Part shown: piece after piece, positions 28,441 through 45,519 of the stretch
Position numbering within the stretch: the stretch's first letter is position 1
How the letters are laid out: every line of letters begins with the position of its first letter
Notes under the pieces: model-generated
Told to the model about the DNA's origin: nothing
The model's input: the letters and a program-made list of their open reading frames with translations, nothing else
Databases searched by the model: none
DNA from: the human T2T-CHM13v2.0 reference genome, Homo sapiens
Length of the DNA: 64,000 bases
Direction: 5' to 3' (one strand)
NCBI RefSeq assembly: GCF_009914755.1
Contig: NC_060933.1
Position numbers and translations under genes: made by a program

Positions 28441-29061
28441 ACAGAACTTATTAACCTGAAAGTGTGTATGTATAAGTGAGGGAAAAAAAGCATGGGTTTT
28501 GAGGTCAGATTATATTATGTTCAAATGCTAACTTATAGCCTTATTAGCACTGTACAAATAGAAAAATGATACTTCATAGGTTTATTGTAAGAATGAAACG
28601 AGACAGTGCATGGAAAATACCCAACAAGAGATTCACTCAGTAGGGCTCTAACTAACCCTATTAGGTTTCATTCTTCTTGCTCTATCCATCCCTCTTGTCT
28701 ATCACCCTATATTATAAAACATTGAATTTCAGAGTCTGACATGTTCAACCAGCACGTGTTATTATAGAAACAGTGTATGTGCCTGGTGGAAAGTTAGAAA
28801 ACACAAATAAGAGAATGTAAATATCATATCCCCTACCTTGGGTTACCTATGTTAATAGAAAAACTTATATTCCTTACTGTATCTCTTTCTATACATATAC
28901 ATTATATGCATATAATTAAAATACATAATATAATATACATAATATATATACATATATAATTTATTTGCCTGTGATAATACCAAAGACATCAAAAAGCACA
29001 TTGCTTGTAACCTGCTTTTTCTTTTCCATCAACAATTGCCAACTACCAATTAATAAATTTT

Positions 29062-29231
29062 GGCCGGGCGTGGCGACTCACACCTGTAATCCTAGAGCTT
29101 TGAGTGGCTGAGGTGGGAGGATCACTTGAGGCCAGGAATTCAAGACCAGCCTGGACAATAGAGCAAAACCCTGTCTCTACAAAAAATTTTCTTTAATCAA
29201 CCAGGTGTAGTGGCATGTTCCTGTAGTCCCA
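29062..29231 (+). mobile_element. AluJ, 3' truncated
   Basis: ggccgggcgtggcgactcacacctgtaatcc...; ends at cctgtagtccca early in the right arm, with no tail. Confidence 0.88.
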
Positions 29232-29850
29232 CACCAAATGTTGATTAGGATAGGAAGCAACCAGAACTTTCATACATTGCAAACAAAAGTGTAGAATGGA
29301 AGACAGTTTGGCAGTTTCTTGTAAAATGGAGCCTACAGCTGACCAACATTCCATTCCTAAATATTTACCCAAAAATAATGGAGATGTGTCCACAAAAGAC
29401 CTGTATAATAATATACATAGTTGCATGATTCATAATGGCTAATAACTGGAAACAATACAAATGTCCATCAACAGGAGATTGCAAAAATAAATTGTGATAT
29501 ATTTATATATTTGTATACTACACAATAACAAGAAGGAATGAAATACTGACACATGCAGTGGGTATGGATGAATAAAAAAATATTAAATGATAAAAAGCCA
29601 GTAACAAACAAATACATAATATATAATTCCATTTCTGTGAAGTTTCAGAACAGGTAAACATATATGTGGCAATAGAAATTATTACAATGTTACTGTATGA
29701 GGGGTAGGAAGAAGGCACCGGGAAACATTCTGAGGTGACGGGAATGTTCTGTGTCTTAATCTGGGTGGTGGTTACATGGATGTACACACTTTTCAAAACT
29801 CATTGAATTGTACCCATAAGATGCATTTCACTGTATATAAATTTTACCTT
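29232..29850 (+). mobile_element. L1ME 3' region
   Basis: caaatgtccatcaacagg...attccatttctgtgaagtttcagaacagg...gggtggtggttacatgg. Confidence 0.78.
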
Positions 29851-29912
29851 ATGAATGAATCAACACCATGAAAAAATAGCCACAAAATCCAGAAGATGAG
29901 ATTCTATGGGAC

Positions 29913-30117
<205 letters not shown>

Positions 30118-30216
30118 CTAAATGAGATACTACATTGGGCAAACCATTCAAAAAAGACATTCTGGAGACACTGAGGGAAAATTTCAGTATGATCTTAGTT
30201 TCAGATGACATAAAAA

Positions 30217-30518
30217 TTATTTATTTGTTTATTTTAGAGAAAGGGTCTCACTCTGTTGCCCAGGCTGGAGTGCAGTGGTACGATCATAGTTCACTGTAAC
30301 CTTCAACTGCTGGGCTCAAGCAATCCTCCCAACTCAGCCTCCTGAGTAGCTAGGACTACACATGCGCCATCATACCCAGTTAATTTTAAAAACATTTTTT
30401 GTAGAAATGAGATCTTGCTATGTTGCCTAGGCTGGTATCAAATTCCTGGCCTGAAGTGATCCCCCTGCTTCAGCCTCCCAAAGTGCTGGGATTATGGGTA
30501 TGAGCCACTGAACCTGGC
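30217..30518 (-). mobile_element. AluJ
   Basis: Antisense dimer, gggtctcactctgttgcccaggctgg...gagccactgaacctggc. Confidence 0.92.
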
Positions 30519-30539
30519 TACTTTTAATCTTCTTATTAG

Positions 30540-31370
30540 TATCTTTTAATGGGCAGAAGTTTTAAATTTTGATGAAGTCCAGTTTATTTTTCTTATAATT
30601 AATGGATTATATGATTATTATATATGTCTTTGTCAACTACAAGAAATTTTTGCTTCCTCCAAGGTCAGAGAGATATTTTCTCCATATTTTCTTCTAGAGT
30701 CATTGCAGTTTCAACTTTTACACTTATGTCTAGAATGATTTTGAATTAATTTTTGAGCACGGTATAAGGTAGGGGTCGAGGTTCACTTATTTCCCTTATC
30801 CAGTTTTTCCAATCCCATTTTTAAAAAAGAATTTTCTTTCCCCTGAATAGCCTTGGCACCATTATTAAAAATCTGTTGACCATATATATGTAGATCTCTT
30901 TCAGCATTCTCTATTCTATACCACTGATCCATTTGTTGATTCGTATGTAAATATTACACTGAAATTAGGTGAGCTTCCCAACATGTTTTTCTTCTTTGTC
31001 AAATTAAAGGGAAATTATATATTCTAGGTCCCCTGCATTTTATTTCATTTTAGAACCAACATCTCAATTTCTACCAAAGCCTACTGGGATTTTGATTGGG
31101 ATTATGTTGAATCTATAGAGCCATTTGGGGAGAATAGTATTTTAATAATCTTGAATCTTCCATTCCATGAATGTAGTATATCTCTCTATTTAGGTTTTCT
31201 TTAATTTCTCTTACATGTATTTCATAATTTTTAATGTAGAGATCTTATACAATTTTTGTTAAATTTATTTCTGAGTATTTTCTTTATTTTGACGCTATTA
31301 TGAATGTTTTATGAATTTAATTTTCCAATTATTTGCTGCTGGTGCTTTTTTGTAAATTGACCTTGTATTC
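30540..31370 (-). mobile_element. Old L1M ORF2 fragment, antisense
   Basis: cagaagttttaaattttgatgaagtcc...gggattttgattgggattatgttgaatctatag. Confidence 0.8.
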
Positions 31371-33884
31371 TTCACTAGAGGGGAGAAGAATCACCTACCT
31401 TTTGGATGCCTCCCACTCTACTTGTCTCCCTGAGGTGATATGGACCTTAAGTCCACGATGGTGAACTAAACTCAGTTTAAAATTCTTGCCTAGCAGCACC
31501 AAAGAGTGGTATGTGATTCCATGTTTTCTCCCATTTACCTTTGCCTACACCCTTCCTTTAAAAAAAAAAAAGACTCCGTAGAATTGTAGGGAACAAAGCA
31601 AAAATGGGACCATTTCTAGAAATTGAGAACTCAGAGTCATATAGGATCCTGAGTGATATGTAGGGTATTTAATAATATGGGAGTATATTTAACCCTTCCA
31701 CTTATACAGAATCTTATAATTTAGAAATAATTTGTAACATATCAACTCACTTGATCTTTGCAATAATTTTATGAGGTAATTGAGGTAGGTATTACTCTCC
31801 TCATATTAAAGATGTTGAACCAATGATCAGAGAGCTTAAGTGACTTGTACAAGGTCACACAGTGAATTAGAAATTGACTCAGGATTTGAAACTAGGTCTT
31901 CTGATAATAGGGTACTACTGTATCTGCCCAATAATTATAATTGGATCAAAAGGGTCCCTGATAAACCAGTTGAGAATATTGTCCCCTGTGGGCTAGCAAA
32001 TAACTTTCCAAACCATGGCTAGGGGAGGCTGGTTTTATTCTGACAACAAAAACCATTTGTCCTTGTTTCTTGTGGAAATTTCCCAGTAGTTCTTGATTTC
32101 ACTTTACCCCTCCTTCTCAATAAATCTCTGTTTCAGTCAGAAACCAGAGGCCTTGCTTAGAAATTTCACAAAGGACCTGTTCTGATATGTAAGTGACCAT
32201 TTAAAAGGATTATTCATGCTTGCTGGTTGGGAATCAGAATTCTGTGGGGCTCTGACTTGGTGATTTGTTCTGGGTATTTGATCTGTTGTGTAGGTCCCAG
32301 GTGGATTCTCATGATGGACACTTTATAAGCTTCTTTCTTCCTAGGTAAAATCAATGCAGCTTCAAAATTTCGACCTTGACAGTGGTTTCCCATATAGCTT
32401 ATTTTTTCTTTAATTAGTAAAATTATAGGAATGTGCCCATAAATGCCAGGCCCTGGAATAATAACAACTGAGGACACAGTTGAGATCCATTAAATGACAC
32501 ACTTGCCTAAACTCCTGGGATTCCAGAATAAGGGGAGGCCTGTACCCTTGAGGCTGATGAATTATTCAGACAAACTTTCATTGTTCACAGATAATTGTGG
32601 CTCCCCAAGGGAAGATTTTCAGTGTCTTTAATTTCTACTCTTACAGTGTCACTAAAACAAGGATTCCATTTAGCCCAGAATAATACAGTTTCAGCCTTGA
32701 AAATGGCATTCTTTTGGGGCTTTGTCATTCTGAATGTGTCTGATTTGTGGTTGCAGATGAATCTGTGTTGCTGAAACATTTTGGTTCAAATGATTTCAGA
32801 AGTAAAACACATTGAAAGTATGTTTGTGGCCTGAGGTCCGTCTCCACCCCATGTAGAGGTATTAAATAATCTTTTGTGTCATCATCCTTCCATAATATTT
32901 ATGAAGCACCCATCTGTGCTTGGGGCTGTGCCGAATTCTGTGCAAAACAAGGCAAACACACACAGCCTGAAGCCCTATTCACTAGACATATTTACAGTCT
33001 CAAACATGGCTAGCATCCTTGAATACATCCCAAGAAGCCAGATCTAAAAAGTATGTTTTGACTATGAAAAAGGCCATCCAAGATCCATCACCCATAAACA
33101 GGGTGGTGAATGGATTAGTGCTCATCTACCCTCTATTTGCTCTTATGCCACCCCTATGGTTCACCATTTATCCACTCAAGAAATATTTATTAAGGACCTC
33201 CTATGTCCTAGACATGGTCCCCGTGGCAGTGCTTTCAGTCTAATGCGGAAGACAAAGAATAACAAGTAAGGGAAACATACAGAAACACAAATTGTAACAC
33301 AGGCTAGTGGAAATGAACTTGGTGCAGTACTCATTGGTGGGCATCGAGCATCTTGCTTAGATAGGAGATCCAGGGAAGGACTCTTGGAGGAGATTAGGCA
33401 TAGGACCAAAGATCAGAAACAGGTATCTGGACCTGACTGTGATGCTGGGATTAGAAATGACACCCACACATGTGAAAACACTTATTCCTCAGAAGGTAGT
33501 CTACAGCTATTTGTTGCCAATCCCCAATCTAAAATATGTACTATAGCTTTATCTTGAACATACTCAGCTGATCGTTGGAATCCAGACAGTGTTAATCCTG
33601 CAAGTATGCAAGTATCTACTGATCTCTGGTGATCTCGATTCTTACCACGTCCTTTAGATCTGTGCTGTTTCATCTCCCAGATCAGTCATGATGGATGACA
33701 GTGGTGGAAGAGATAGTGATGTGAGCTTATATGTAATTACTCAGTCTCCCATACATTGCTTCTGCTATAGAATGATGGGAATTATTTTGCTTTAGCAGAT
33801 AAATATGTTCAAATGTAACCTATATTAACATAAAAGAAAAAAAGAAGAAAGCCCTTTATCCTGTAAGTTTTTGCCCTGAAACTC

Positions 33885-34365
33885 TGTATAGCTGATTCAG
33901 TTAGGATCAAGGCAGGAAAGAGATGGCACCTTCAAAAAGGTCTTACTAAAGAGAATTTAGTAATTGTAACTTAATAACCTGGTCTAAGGAACGGATGAGG
34001 TTAAGGAAACCAAAAAACACAAGAAGGAATGGGGAGGTACCTTAGCATCAGCAATAGCAGGAAGCTGTTAACACCCCTAGGACTAAGAAGGGTCCAGGGG
34101 AGAGGTCAGGGTGACCACAGCCTAGTGAGGTCTGGAGTTGTGAAAAGTGGGCTGTCAGACAAGAGCTGAACTTGGCAGGGGGGAGAAATGCCCCAACTTG
34201 TCTCTTCTCACCCTCCAACCTCCTGCTGGTGCCTCCTATAACCAAACTGCACTGGAAGCCAGAGGGCAGCCTATGGAGTTCTGCCTCCTGGGGAAGAGAA
34301 CAGGGCATTTGATGAAGTGGGGACTTTGGGGTAGAAGGGGACAAAAAGCCACCAGCATAAATGGC
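33885..34365 (-). mobile_element. LTR33-like ERVL LTR
   Basis: caggaaagagatggcac...agcaggaagctgttaacacccctagg...ctcctgctggtgcctcc...gaagccagagggc. Confidence 0.6.
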
Positions 34366-34599
34366 ACAATGGCCCATCTTTTTGCTTATTTCTACTTGCT
34401 TATCTCCTAGTCTCACCCTCTTCCCTCTTTTTTGGACCTCAGGCATAGAGAGTTGAGTTAATCATACTCATCGTTGAACAATCCTTTAATAATTGGTCTG
34501 ATTGAAGGCTCATTTCTTATTACTTTAAAAATGATAATGCATTTCTTTTCTCTCTGTTTGACTGCCCCACCATAGACAACCACAAAAAATGTGTTTATT

Positions 34600-35340
34600 G
34601 GGTATTGTGTATATATTTTTTGCATATATTTTTACTTAATGTGACTAGTACTATATAAGAGATTGTATTTGATTTCTTACCTTTTTTTCCACTAAAGACC
34701 ACACTTTAAGATCCTCTTGATGGCTGTACATCCATCTAGGTTGTTGCTTCAAACTGCTGCTTATTTGTCCATGAGTGCATCCATGATATTTTGCCCTTGA
34801 TTCCCTCAGCAATGAACACTCAGACTGCTTCTCACTTCCTATCACAGTGAATACTGCTGCACAGGCACCCTGTGGATATGTGTGAGAATCTCTTCAACAC
34901 GTGTATTCAGAAGCAGAATTATTGGGCCAGAGGGGGTGTCTATACTTAATTTAGTCAATTTTAACCAAATACTGTCAGATTGCACTCCAGAATGCCCATC
35001 TCTTGCCTGCTTCTCCAACCAGTCTCTAAATTCCTGCATCTTCAAATCCAGGCCAACACTTCATGTTGTCTAACTTTCTAATTTTTATCCAGTAGACTAG
35101 ATAGAGAGTAACATACCATTGCAATTTTAATTTTTCATGTCTCACATTACTAATGAGCTTAAGCATCTCTTCATATGCTTGAGAAATTTGGGAGTTTCCT
35201 TTTCTATTAATTGCCTATTCCTGTCCTTTGACCATTTTTTTTTTTCTATTTAGGGTTCTTCTTTTTAGTCTGATGAATTTGCGGAAGTTCCTTGGATGAT
35301 CTAGATACCAGACCCGTTGTCAGTTTTAGGCACTTCTAAT
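34600..35340 (-). mobile_element. L1ME fragment, antisense
   Basis: cagaagcagaattattgggccagaggg...attactaatgagcttaagcatctcttcatatgctt. Confidence 0.65.
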
Positions 35341-35834
35341 TTTCATCTTTTATCTTTAGACAAAATTTTACTCCTGAGTTCGATAGCCAAATTGTTATCA
35401 GTAGACAGATCTGTTATAGACAACTCAAATTTAACATGTATAAATAGCAACTTTTCTAATTTTTCCTGAAAATTGTTTTTCCTGTGTTTAGTCTCTGCAT
35501 GAGTCACCTATTATCTAAATAATAAACCTTGGAATAATCCCTCATTCCAGATGTACCACTAATCACTGGGTTTTGTTAGAAGGATCCCTTAAATGTTTTT
35601 AAATTGTTATTTCTTCTCCATTCCTACATTTCCTTTTCTACTTTATGTTCTCATTATCTTTTGCTTGGACTATTGTAATAGTCAATAAACTGTTCCCACT
35701 TCCTCTAGACTTCCTCTTCTTCATTTCCTCTTCTGTACTGTCCCAAGGGCAGTTGTTCTAAAGCAGAAAGTCACGCATTTTCTTCCCTTGTTTAAAATGG
35801 GTTAGTGGGCTTTGAATGCCTGCAGGAGATTCCG

Positions 35835-35900
35835 TCTCCTGATTATACAACATGCACAATCTCCTGATTATAGAACATGCATAATCTCCTGATTATGAAC
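35835..35900. repeat. 25-bp minisatellite (~2.6 copies)
   Basis: tctcctgattata(c/g)aacatgca(c/t)aa repeated. Confidence 0.9.
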
Positions 35901-37474
35901 ACTTCACTCCTGCAGACATTCTTATCCTGCACTCTAAACATGTCATGCTGCTTACAGTTTCCCAAATTTGATGCCCTCACATTTCTGTGCCTTTGCATGC
36001 ACTTCTGTCCCTGAAATGTATTCCCTTTGCCCCACCTCATTCCACTTTGTTCTTCTTTATCTTTTATGGCTTGAGTCAAGCATCCCCTTCTCAGTAAGTC
36101 CTTTGATACCATGTTCCCTCCACCCCAACAGATATTTCAAAAAGTTAACTACTATGAGCTATCAACATGCTTCTTTTGACTTTTTTACAAAGAGACATCT
36201 GGTGATACTATCTGTTGATTGCAAAGAAAAATATACCTGACTAATAAGAAGAAAATGAATGGTGCATAATGACCCAATCTCCTTTGGATATAATAAAACT
36301 ATGCCTGATTTGTGGTTTTCATTTACATTTAGGTGAGTTTGTAATGAGTTGGATTTTTAGTAATGATATGTGGGTACTGACGCTCTTAGCAAATACAGCT
36401 TAATCAATGTGAGATGAAAGGAAGCAACTGCATTGTAGTTATTTCCTAGTCGATAATGAACTCCCCACAGCCTGAACTTAAGCGCAAGGTTGTTTATTCC
36501 TTGCCCTGGCAAATTGAATGAGGACTGGATTCATTACCAAGGCATTTACAAGACGCATAAGGTGGCCTTCCTTTATGGTTTGTGTGTTGACCTACTGGAA
36601 AGGATGCTGAGACTGGTTCAAGTCTGTAATTGTGTGTTTCTAAGAGTTGGTGTCTAATGGGAAAGTGATCTCAGGCCTGTAGTTGGTAAAAAGCATTTAT
36701 GTATTAACTGGCTAGAGTGAGAGGAATAAATTGTTAACACTTAAGACTATAAACTGTAGGAGATTTGGAGATAGTGGTTAAATCCTCTTGGAAATGCTGG
36801 ATGCATCATCTTTTATTCAATTTTTCTGAGCCATCTTGGGTTTCTGCTATCTGAGTTAGTCAGAAAAACACTTAGATGAATGTTAAGTAACCCAAGTGCT
36901 AAAATATATAGTCGTCATCACTCTCCCATGAGAACTGAAAGACGAACCTTTTTTGGAAGTCAGCTCTCTTTTATCTGCTGTATTTGTGAGGACTCTTTGA
37001 TACTCAGATTCTGTCTCGGGAAGGGCATTGTCGTTATTTAGGGTGTCCAGCAGCCTATTTTCAGCCCTCCCAATGATGTGGCCCTTCTTGGTCTAAACAA
37101 GTCACTTTGACCAGTGGTGGATGGATCCAATACTGAAAGAAGCTCCTTAGAATCGCCCTGTCTGATTAGGGATTCAAGGCTACTTTAAACTGGGGTTTCA
37201 ATGCCATCCAGTCTCAGTGCCACCCAGTCTCGAACATGTGGCGTGCTGTTGTTCTCCAACGGGAACATTAACTTCATGGCCTGCCTTTGTAATCTCAATT
37301 TTGGTCTTCCGAGGCTACATTTGGTTAAATAACCTCTCTCTTTTATTCCTTGTGACTTAAAATACTTATTCAATTTAAAAATCAATCCCATTGATTACTG
37401 CAAAGAGGCATGAGGTATATGTTTTGAGCTGATAAAAATGTTCCATATCTTGATTACAGTGGTAGTTACACAGC

Positions 37475-37481
<7 letters not shown>

Positions 37482-37521
<40 letters not shown>
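37482..37521. repeat. (TG)n microsatellite
   Basis: About 20 TG units. Confidence 0.97.
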
Positions 37522-37525
<4 letters not shown>

Positions 37526-37538
37526 TTGTCAAGGCTCA

Positions 37539-37923
<385 letters not shown>

Positions 37924-38672
37924 TCAAACTCGTTTTATTTAAAAATAAAACAAAGCATCTCTCTTGGAACTTCTTTTCTGACTAGGGGCAAGAATCATTG
38001 CTCTCTTTGAATGACTCTAGTTCCCAGCATAGAGGTTTGTATTTACTAGACCACCAATAAACATTGGTTAGGTTCAGGTGAGTTGAATTGTCTCTGGAAT
38101 CACTGTTTACTGCTTTCCTTTTTGTTTGAACCAGGACATAAATATATAGCCTGCAATCTTGTCTTTGGAAAAGACATAACTTACAGAGTTGGAGGTTTTC
38201 AGATATCAGTCATCAGTCAAATTTACTGGTGATATAAAAGATATAAGGAAGGTAGTTTAGCCCAGCCTAACTCTCAATCATATGCTTTGTGAAGCCACCA
38301 GAGAAGTTTGGTGCTTGACAACATTTTAAAATGAAGGAGGATAATGTTAAGTCATCTTAGGCCTGAAGGTACTTCTGGAGTGAAAGAGCATTGCAGTTCT
38401 TGTGTGTGCTTTATATTTCAAAATGTATTTTGTAGCTCTCCCCACCAAAAAAGTCTTAAAATGGATTTCAGCTTCAACTTTCTAGGGTAGTGTTGAGCTG
38501 GGTCTATTGAAATACTGCTTAAATGCTTGCTAAATATCACTGATTTCACTTTACCTGTCATGCTGAGGGAAAGATAGTATCTAAGATACATGTGCAGGGT
38601 GAATCAAGATGCTGCCTGAAAGTTTTGTGTGCTCAGGAAAGCATTTTTATTTACAAGTGAACTCTATTACAG

Positions 38673-39105
38673 CAGAGATCCCCAACCCCAGGCCACATAG
38701 CAGGTGAGTGAGCATTACTGCATGAGTGCCACCTCCTGTCAGATCGGTGACAGCATTAGATTCTCATAGGAGAGCAAATCCTACTGTGAACTGTGCATGT
38801 GAGGAGTCTAGGTTGCATGCTCCTTGTGAGAATCTAATGCCTGATGATCTGTCACTGTCTCCCATCATCTCCAGATGGGAACCATCTAGTTTCAGGAAAA
38901 CAAGCTCAGGACTCCCACTGATTCTACATTATGGTGTGTTGTATAATTATTTCAGTATATATTACAGAGTAATAATAATAGAAATAAAGTGCACAATAAA
39001 TGGAATGTTCTCGAATCATCCCCAAATCATCCTCCTTCCCCAGTCTGTGGAAAAATTGTCTTCCACAAAACCGGTCCCTGGTGCCAAAAAGGTTGGGGAC
39101 CACTA
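38673..39105. mobile_element. MER1A hAT-Charlie element (internally deleted)
   Basis: cagagatccccaacccc...gcattagattctcatagga...gaaaacaagctcagg...ccggtccctggtgccaaaaaggttggggaccact. Confidence 0.88.
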
Positions 39106-39697
39106 TGTTATATAGTATGTTGTTTGATTGTCATACAAACCTTCAGAAGTATTTGAGGCAGGCACTATTATTGACATTGTATTTACAGAAAAATATGATG
39201 ATGAGATGTTAAGTAATTGCCCAAGGTCACACAGAATAAATTAGTCAATATTGGTACCAGATTATCTGGCTCAAGCCTCATAATCTCTTCACTATTCCTT
39301 ATTTGTGAGGGCAGGAAAAGTTCTGATTATACTCCGAGTGAAAGTCATTCGTGTGGGTTGGTGTGGGGGTAGGGGTGGGGGTAGGGAGAGAGACCTGTAT
39401 TACCCCCAAGGTGGTAGATGACATCAGATAAGCAGAATTAATTTCAACCCAATACATCTGTAATTTTGACGTTGAATATCACTACTGTTTAGTAAAACTC
39501 TGAAAGAAGCAGTCCTGGCTTTAACTTAAGACTTCCAGGAAAATGTTGACCATAGTTCAAGGTAAGGTTGGAAATTTACATCTTTGCCTCAGGATCTGCT
39601 TGAAGATCATCAGCAGCAGCTGCACTAAAAAGTATTTATTAGGCTTCGGCAGCTTTTCTCCCTTATATTCTGGGTAAAGTGGGTTAAGCAGGTATGA

Positions 39698-40017
<320 letters not shown>

Positions 40018-41154
40018 TAAGTTTTAAATCTGAGATAGACAACACTGATGACCAGAAACATAAAAGATATCAATTAAGTACAATGAGATCCTCTAGTAAA
40101 TAATATGTTAGCAATTGGATATGAGATGCCCGAGCCTAGGAAAAAATGAAAACAAATCTTGTCAGCCCTATCTATATGCCCTACACAGGTGAGGGTGGAA
40201 TCCAGACCTGGGAATCCAGTCATCTCATCTCTGATCAGGTTGCTGCCTGACGATTAAATTTGTCATTTGGAGTTCCAAGTTCTTTTAGAGTCCCTGATGG
40301 CATTGGTGGTTTATATTCTGGCATGAGGGAAAACTCCTTGTAAGTTGATGCCTGTATTTAAGAATGCAAGATCCACCAGGACTCACAGAGAGATCATATC
40401 ACTTGGGATCTTTGTGCAGCAAATTAGAGAAAACTAGCTGAAATGGGGCCTAAATAGCAAAAGGAATGTGTTGGCCCACATAACTGAAGTAGATTGGCCT
40501 CAGGTGAACCGTGATGCAGCAGCTCACATGATACTACCATTTGACCTGGTATTCCCTCTTGTCTGCTTTGCCTTAGATGGTATCACTCTTATCCCTAGGC
40601 TCTGAGCCTCTGACTTTCTGGTCCAGGTAGCAAGTGTCTGCAGGATTTCTAGACCCCATGCTCTTACACCAGCTTGTCTATGAAGATGGAAGACAAAGCT
40701 TTTCTTTCCAAGAAGAAACTGAAAACATCAACTCAAGTCTTGACTTTGGTTGGGGTTTGTACTTTCTCTGACTCATTGATTCTCTGGGACTATAGAAGAT
40801 GGGATAGACTGACAGTCTTAAGCCTCCTTCCCCTCATTAGGTAGAGCTAGGAGGAGGGTCATTCCTTCCCAAACTAAATGACTAAGAATGCATACATTTG
40901 TCCTCCAAAGCAAGATCTTTCTTTTTTCCTTCCAGAAAGAGTAACTGCAGTAATTAGGACGCAATTGATGGCAAAGGGGTATGATCTAGGTGAGTCCATT
41001 GGGGTGCAGTTCTGGAGGGGGAATTCAGGACCTTCTTCTTACCTCCTCCTACCCCTGCAAATACTCTGAGACTCACTAATAACTGACAGTGGTATTCAAA
41101 TTGGAACAGTGGTTCTTGCCTCTGACCTTTGCATGTGCTCAAGTAGTCATCTGT

Positions 41155-41325
41155 CCTTCTTTCTCATCCTCTCCTCTTTATTCCTTTCTTCCTTCTTCCC
41201 ACCCTTTCCCTCCATCTCTATTCCTCCCTCCTTCCCTTCGCTTCTCCTTCCCTTCTCCTTCCCTTCTCCCTCCTTCCTTCCTTCCTTCTTTTCTTATCTT
41301 CCCTTCCTCCCCACCTTGCCTACCT
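41155..41325. repeat. CT-rich low-complexity tract
   Basis: Near-pure pyrimidine tract resembling (CCTT)n. Confidence 0.9.
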
Positions 41326-41821
41326 CTCACATTTCCATTTTCCAAAAACCTTTTTTAGCCCCTTTTGTGTGCCAAGCACACTGCATGGTACTGGATATTC
41401 CTGATGGAGCTCATCTTCCCTTCCATGTTCCCTTTCCTTTAGCAAACTTCAGTGCCAACAAAATGTGTTAGTATTCTCTGTGTAAGGTGTTCTGCTAGAT
41501 TCAGGGAGGTCCATGGCTTCAGCGTGAATCTCAAGGATAGAGCTGGGGAGTGTTTTTAAATCATGATGACATTGTTCATAAAGATTGTCTCACACAGATT
41601 CTACTACCTATATTTTGGGGTGGGAGGGAGAGACAGGGAATGTAGTTTAAGAAAAGCAAGCATTTATGTCTGCCAGTGTACTCAAATGAGCTCATGTACG
41701 AAGTGGGACATGGAACTCGCTGACCTTTATTGGCCTCTGCATTCAGACTACCTGGGGTTGAATTCTAACTCCTCTGCCTTCTGACTTTATGACCTTGGGC
41801 TGTTTACCTAACTTCTCAGGG

Positions 41822-42230
41822 TGTCTTAGTCTATTTTTGGTTTCTTATAACAGAATACCTGAAACTTGGTAATTTATGAAGAAAAGGAATTCATTTCTTA
41901 CAGTTATGGAGGCTGAGAAGTCCAAGGTCCAGGGGCATAACAGGTGAGAGCCTTCTTGCTGGCAAGGACTCTGCAGAGTCCCAAGGTAGCACAGGGGGTG
42001 AGGGGGCTGAGCATGCTAGCTCAGGTCTCTCTTCCTCCTCTTATAAAGCCACCAGACCCACTCCCATGGTAACTCATTAATCCACTAATCCATGAATGAG
42101 TTAATCCATTCATGAGGTCAGAGTCCTCATGACCCAATCCCTTCTTAAAGCCCCCACCTCTCGATACTGCCACACTAGGGATGAAGTTTCAACAGAAATT
42201 TTGAAGGGGATAAACATTCAAACCATAGCA
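41822..42230 (-). mobile_element. MSTC/MSTD solo LTR
   Basis: tgtcttagtc...cattcaaaccatagca. Perfect 5-bp TSD caggg (41817-41821, 42231-42235), inserted in a MIR. Confidence 0.9.
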
Positions 42231-42256
42231 CAGGGTCTTGTACTGAGGATTAAATT

Positions 42257-42259
<3 letters not shown>

Positions 42260-42304
<45 letters not shown>

Positions 42305-42310
42305 GTATAT
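42260..42310. repeat. (TA)n microsatellite
   Basis: About 19 pure TA units plus TATG variants. Confidence 0.97.
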
Positions 42311-42698
42311 AGTGCTTACAGCAGTGCCAGTCCACAGTATGCGTTCAATGAAGTTAGCTATTATTGTCATGGCGATGGGGCTTTATGGATAAGAGAGTGA
42401 AGCATAGGCAGTGGATTCTCATGAGTAGTCTCCCGTGCTTCCACATTAAGGACTAAATGTTGGCCAGTGGCTGTGCTCAGGCCCCGTCTTCCACATGTGG
42501 ATACTAGTGAGGCAGGGGTGCTTTCTTGCTGTGTATATTCACATTTCAGAGTCCATCAGAGCTTCCAGAGGACTCTGCTGTGTGAACCTCACATATCTCT
42601 ATTTTATAGTTTTTCAGATTACTTTGTAAATAATTATTGTTAATTTTCTTTAGCTTTTTAAAAATATGTATTCATATATTGAGCCTTTCAGTTAGTGA

Positions 42699-43011
<313 letters not shown>

Positions 43012-43930
43012 CCTATTGCCTTTTGATCCGTACTTTTTGATTAATATCCTCTAAAACACATGAAAATTCACTGTTCCCTCTGTTAGGTGCTCCCATAGAA
43101 CACATATAGGACCCTAGAAGTCCCATCTCTTTAGAAAAATTATCTTTCTGGGAAAATACAGAGTTTCTTTTATAACACATCTGTGTCTCTGTATGCTGGC
43201 CAAAAGCCTCAAACCCCCAAACAGACCTGAAATGTTTATCCCTACCACTACTTCTGATAATAGGGGTTTGACTTTGTATTGCCCACACATCCCATTAAAA
43301 CATATAATGTGATTTGTGTGCATATTGTGAGCATTTGTTCATTTTATAACCTGTTTAGTAGTTCAGCCAAAAGCAACAAAAGTGAAATAAGAGAAACATC
43401 CTGAGCAAAAGAATTGCTCTTTGATATACCTGTGCACTGGCATGAGAGGACAGAGGAGAGATTTGTGAAAGTGGACTCCTTTGTTACTAATATAACACCG
43501 GCTACTTTCTTTAACAATTAACATCTCAACCCCAATTTATCATTATTATGGCTGTTTTTTTGCTTTCATAATGACTTCAGAAAAATTCATAACATCACCT
43601 GGAGTCCCTTTATCTGCAAAGCCATTAGTCAATTTCACTGGTACTCTAGGGAGAGACTTGGGAAGTGAAAGGTGGACATTTCCCCCCAGATGGGGTTTCT
43701 TTACATGACTCTTATCAAATCAGGTGGGTGTTAGGAGCCTGAGAAATGTGAGCGTGAAGAAATGTGAAATGTGAGATTTGGATAAGGTCGTTTGGATTTA
43801 AAGAGGAAATTTCCATCAAGGGCCAACTCCTAGAGGAGATCACAGAGCAGAGGCTGGGGTGTGGCTGCAGGTAGGCATGCCATTGAGCCAAGGTGGGCTG
43901 ACTCGAGGAAGAGCTCAAGCAGATGCTTTA

Positions 43931-45464
<1,534 letters not shown>

Positions 45465-45519
45465 AGAACAAAGCAAAAAAATGTGAGTGTGTGACTGAGG
45501 TGGTACATCTGACTTCGCC

